From an uncultured delta proteobacterium (GTDB lineage Bacteria > Myxococcota_A > Polyangia > Polyangiales > Polyangiaceae), in contig CAVQUB010000008.1 of NCBI GenBank assembly GCA_963716725.1, positions 320,001 to 384,000 on the forward strand: a DNA stretch of 64,000 nucleotides, read 5' to 3'. The position numbers and the translations under genes are program-made. The notes under the pieces are model-generated. The model was not told where the DNA came from and ran no database searches. It worked only from the letters and a program-made list of their open reading frames with translations. This document shows positions 63,471 through 64,000 of the stretch, piece by piece (the stretch's first letter is position 1; every line of letters begins with the position of its first letter).

Positions 63471-63746
63471 CGTGGTCGATGGGGAACGGTGCTAGGACGC
63501 GCTGGTGCAGACTGCCGGCCGGTCGCTCGGGCCGACGCGCACTCCGGCAGCGTGCAGCTCGACGGCCCGACGGTCAGTGACCGCGCACCGGTGCGGGGCA
63601 AGCTCGAGCTCCACCTCGCCGGCGGCAGCCTGAGGGGCAGCTTCGAGGCGACCTACTGCCCCCAGTCGGAGACCGAAGCGCGAGGCTGCGAGTGAAGGCT
63701 CGATCGAGCCAAACGCTCCGGTGCATCGCTCGTCGCAAACCACACC

Positions 63747-64000
63747 TCAGCGACAGGGCGCAGGCGCCCACGTGGCGCCCGTGATCGTCCCCGTGTGAGC
63801 GTTGCCCGAAGTGTCGTTGGCAACGGCGCCCGTTCCTTCGTCGAACTTCCAGAATGCTTGTGTGTCCGCATCCGAGACGAGGTGAAGTGCCGGTGTGAAG
63901 TTCGCGACGTACCGCGCCACCTTCGAGAGACGCATCTCGGAGTAGTAGCCGATGACCGGAGGCGACTGGTAATCCCGTGACACATGGCCGATCTGCACGG
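63747..64000 (-). CDS. LamG-like jellyroll domain C-terminus, 5' end outside window
   Basis: EMRLSKVARY..NFTP, WKFDEGTG..DTSGN..G..GATW. Confidence 0.75.
   Translation of the reverse strand, partial: VQIGHVSRDYQSPPVIGYYSEMRLSKVARYVANFTPALHLVSDADTQAFWKFDEGTGAVANDTSGNAHTGTITGATWAPAPCR

Noticed and set aside
61350..63745. Integron cassette array as an explanation for the fragment mosaic
   Set aside because: No repeated RYYYAAC...GTTRRRY attC structures and no tyrosine integrase; the pieces are partial genes.

Overview
GC-rich bacterial window. Gene content (Ser/Thr kinases, FHA-sigma54 activator, MYXO-CTERM tails, Gly-rich lipoproteins, FGE-sulfatase lipoproteins) points to a myxobacterium, probably Polyangiaceae-like; this taxonomy is inference. 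There are about 45 intact or reconstructable genes, including an RND pump, an Omp85 protein, mutM, phhB, selO, a hybrid histidine kinase, a transglutaminase, a patatin, a ZIP transporter and a polysaccharide lyase. I found no rRNA, tRNA or CRISPR array. Four things stand out. (1) A minus-strand block at 34.3-42.3 kb: an asparagine-synthase-like PP-loop enzyme lacking its catalytic N-terminal Cys, a Toprim-like protein and a cupin, then a Cys-repeat lipoprotein, a SAM-methyltransferase-like protein and an Asp/Asn beta-hydroxylase. This block carries many single-base frameshifts. (2) Many intergenic tracts are patchworks of 70-500 bp pieces of unrelated genes and IS elements. (3) A transmembrane pseudokinase fused to three DsbA domains, and a small lipopeptide with three Q(P/A)CL motifs. 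(4) A perfect 34-bp palindrome and well-formed sigma54 promoters. All family assignments come from motif recognition by eye, not from database searches.
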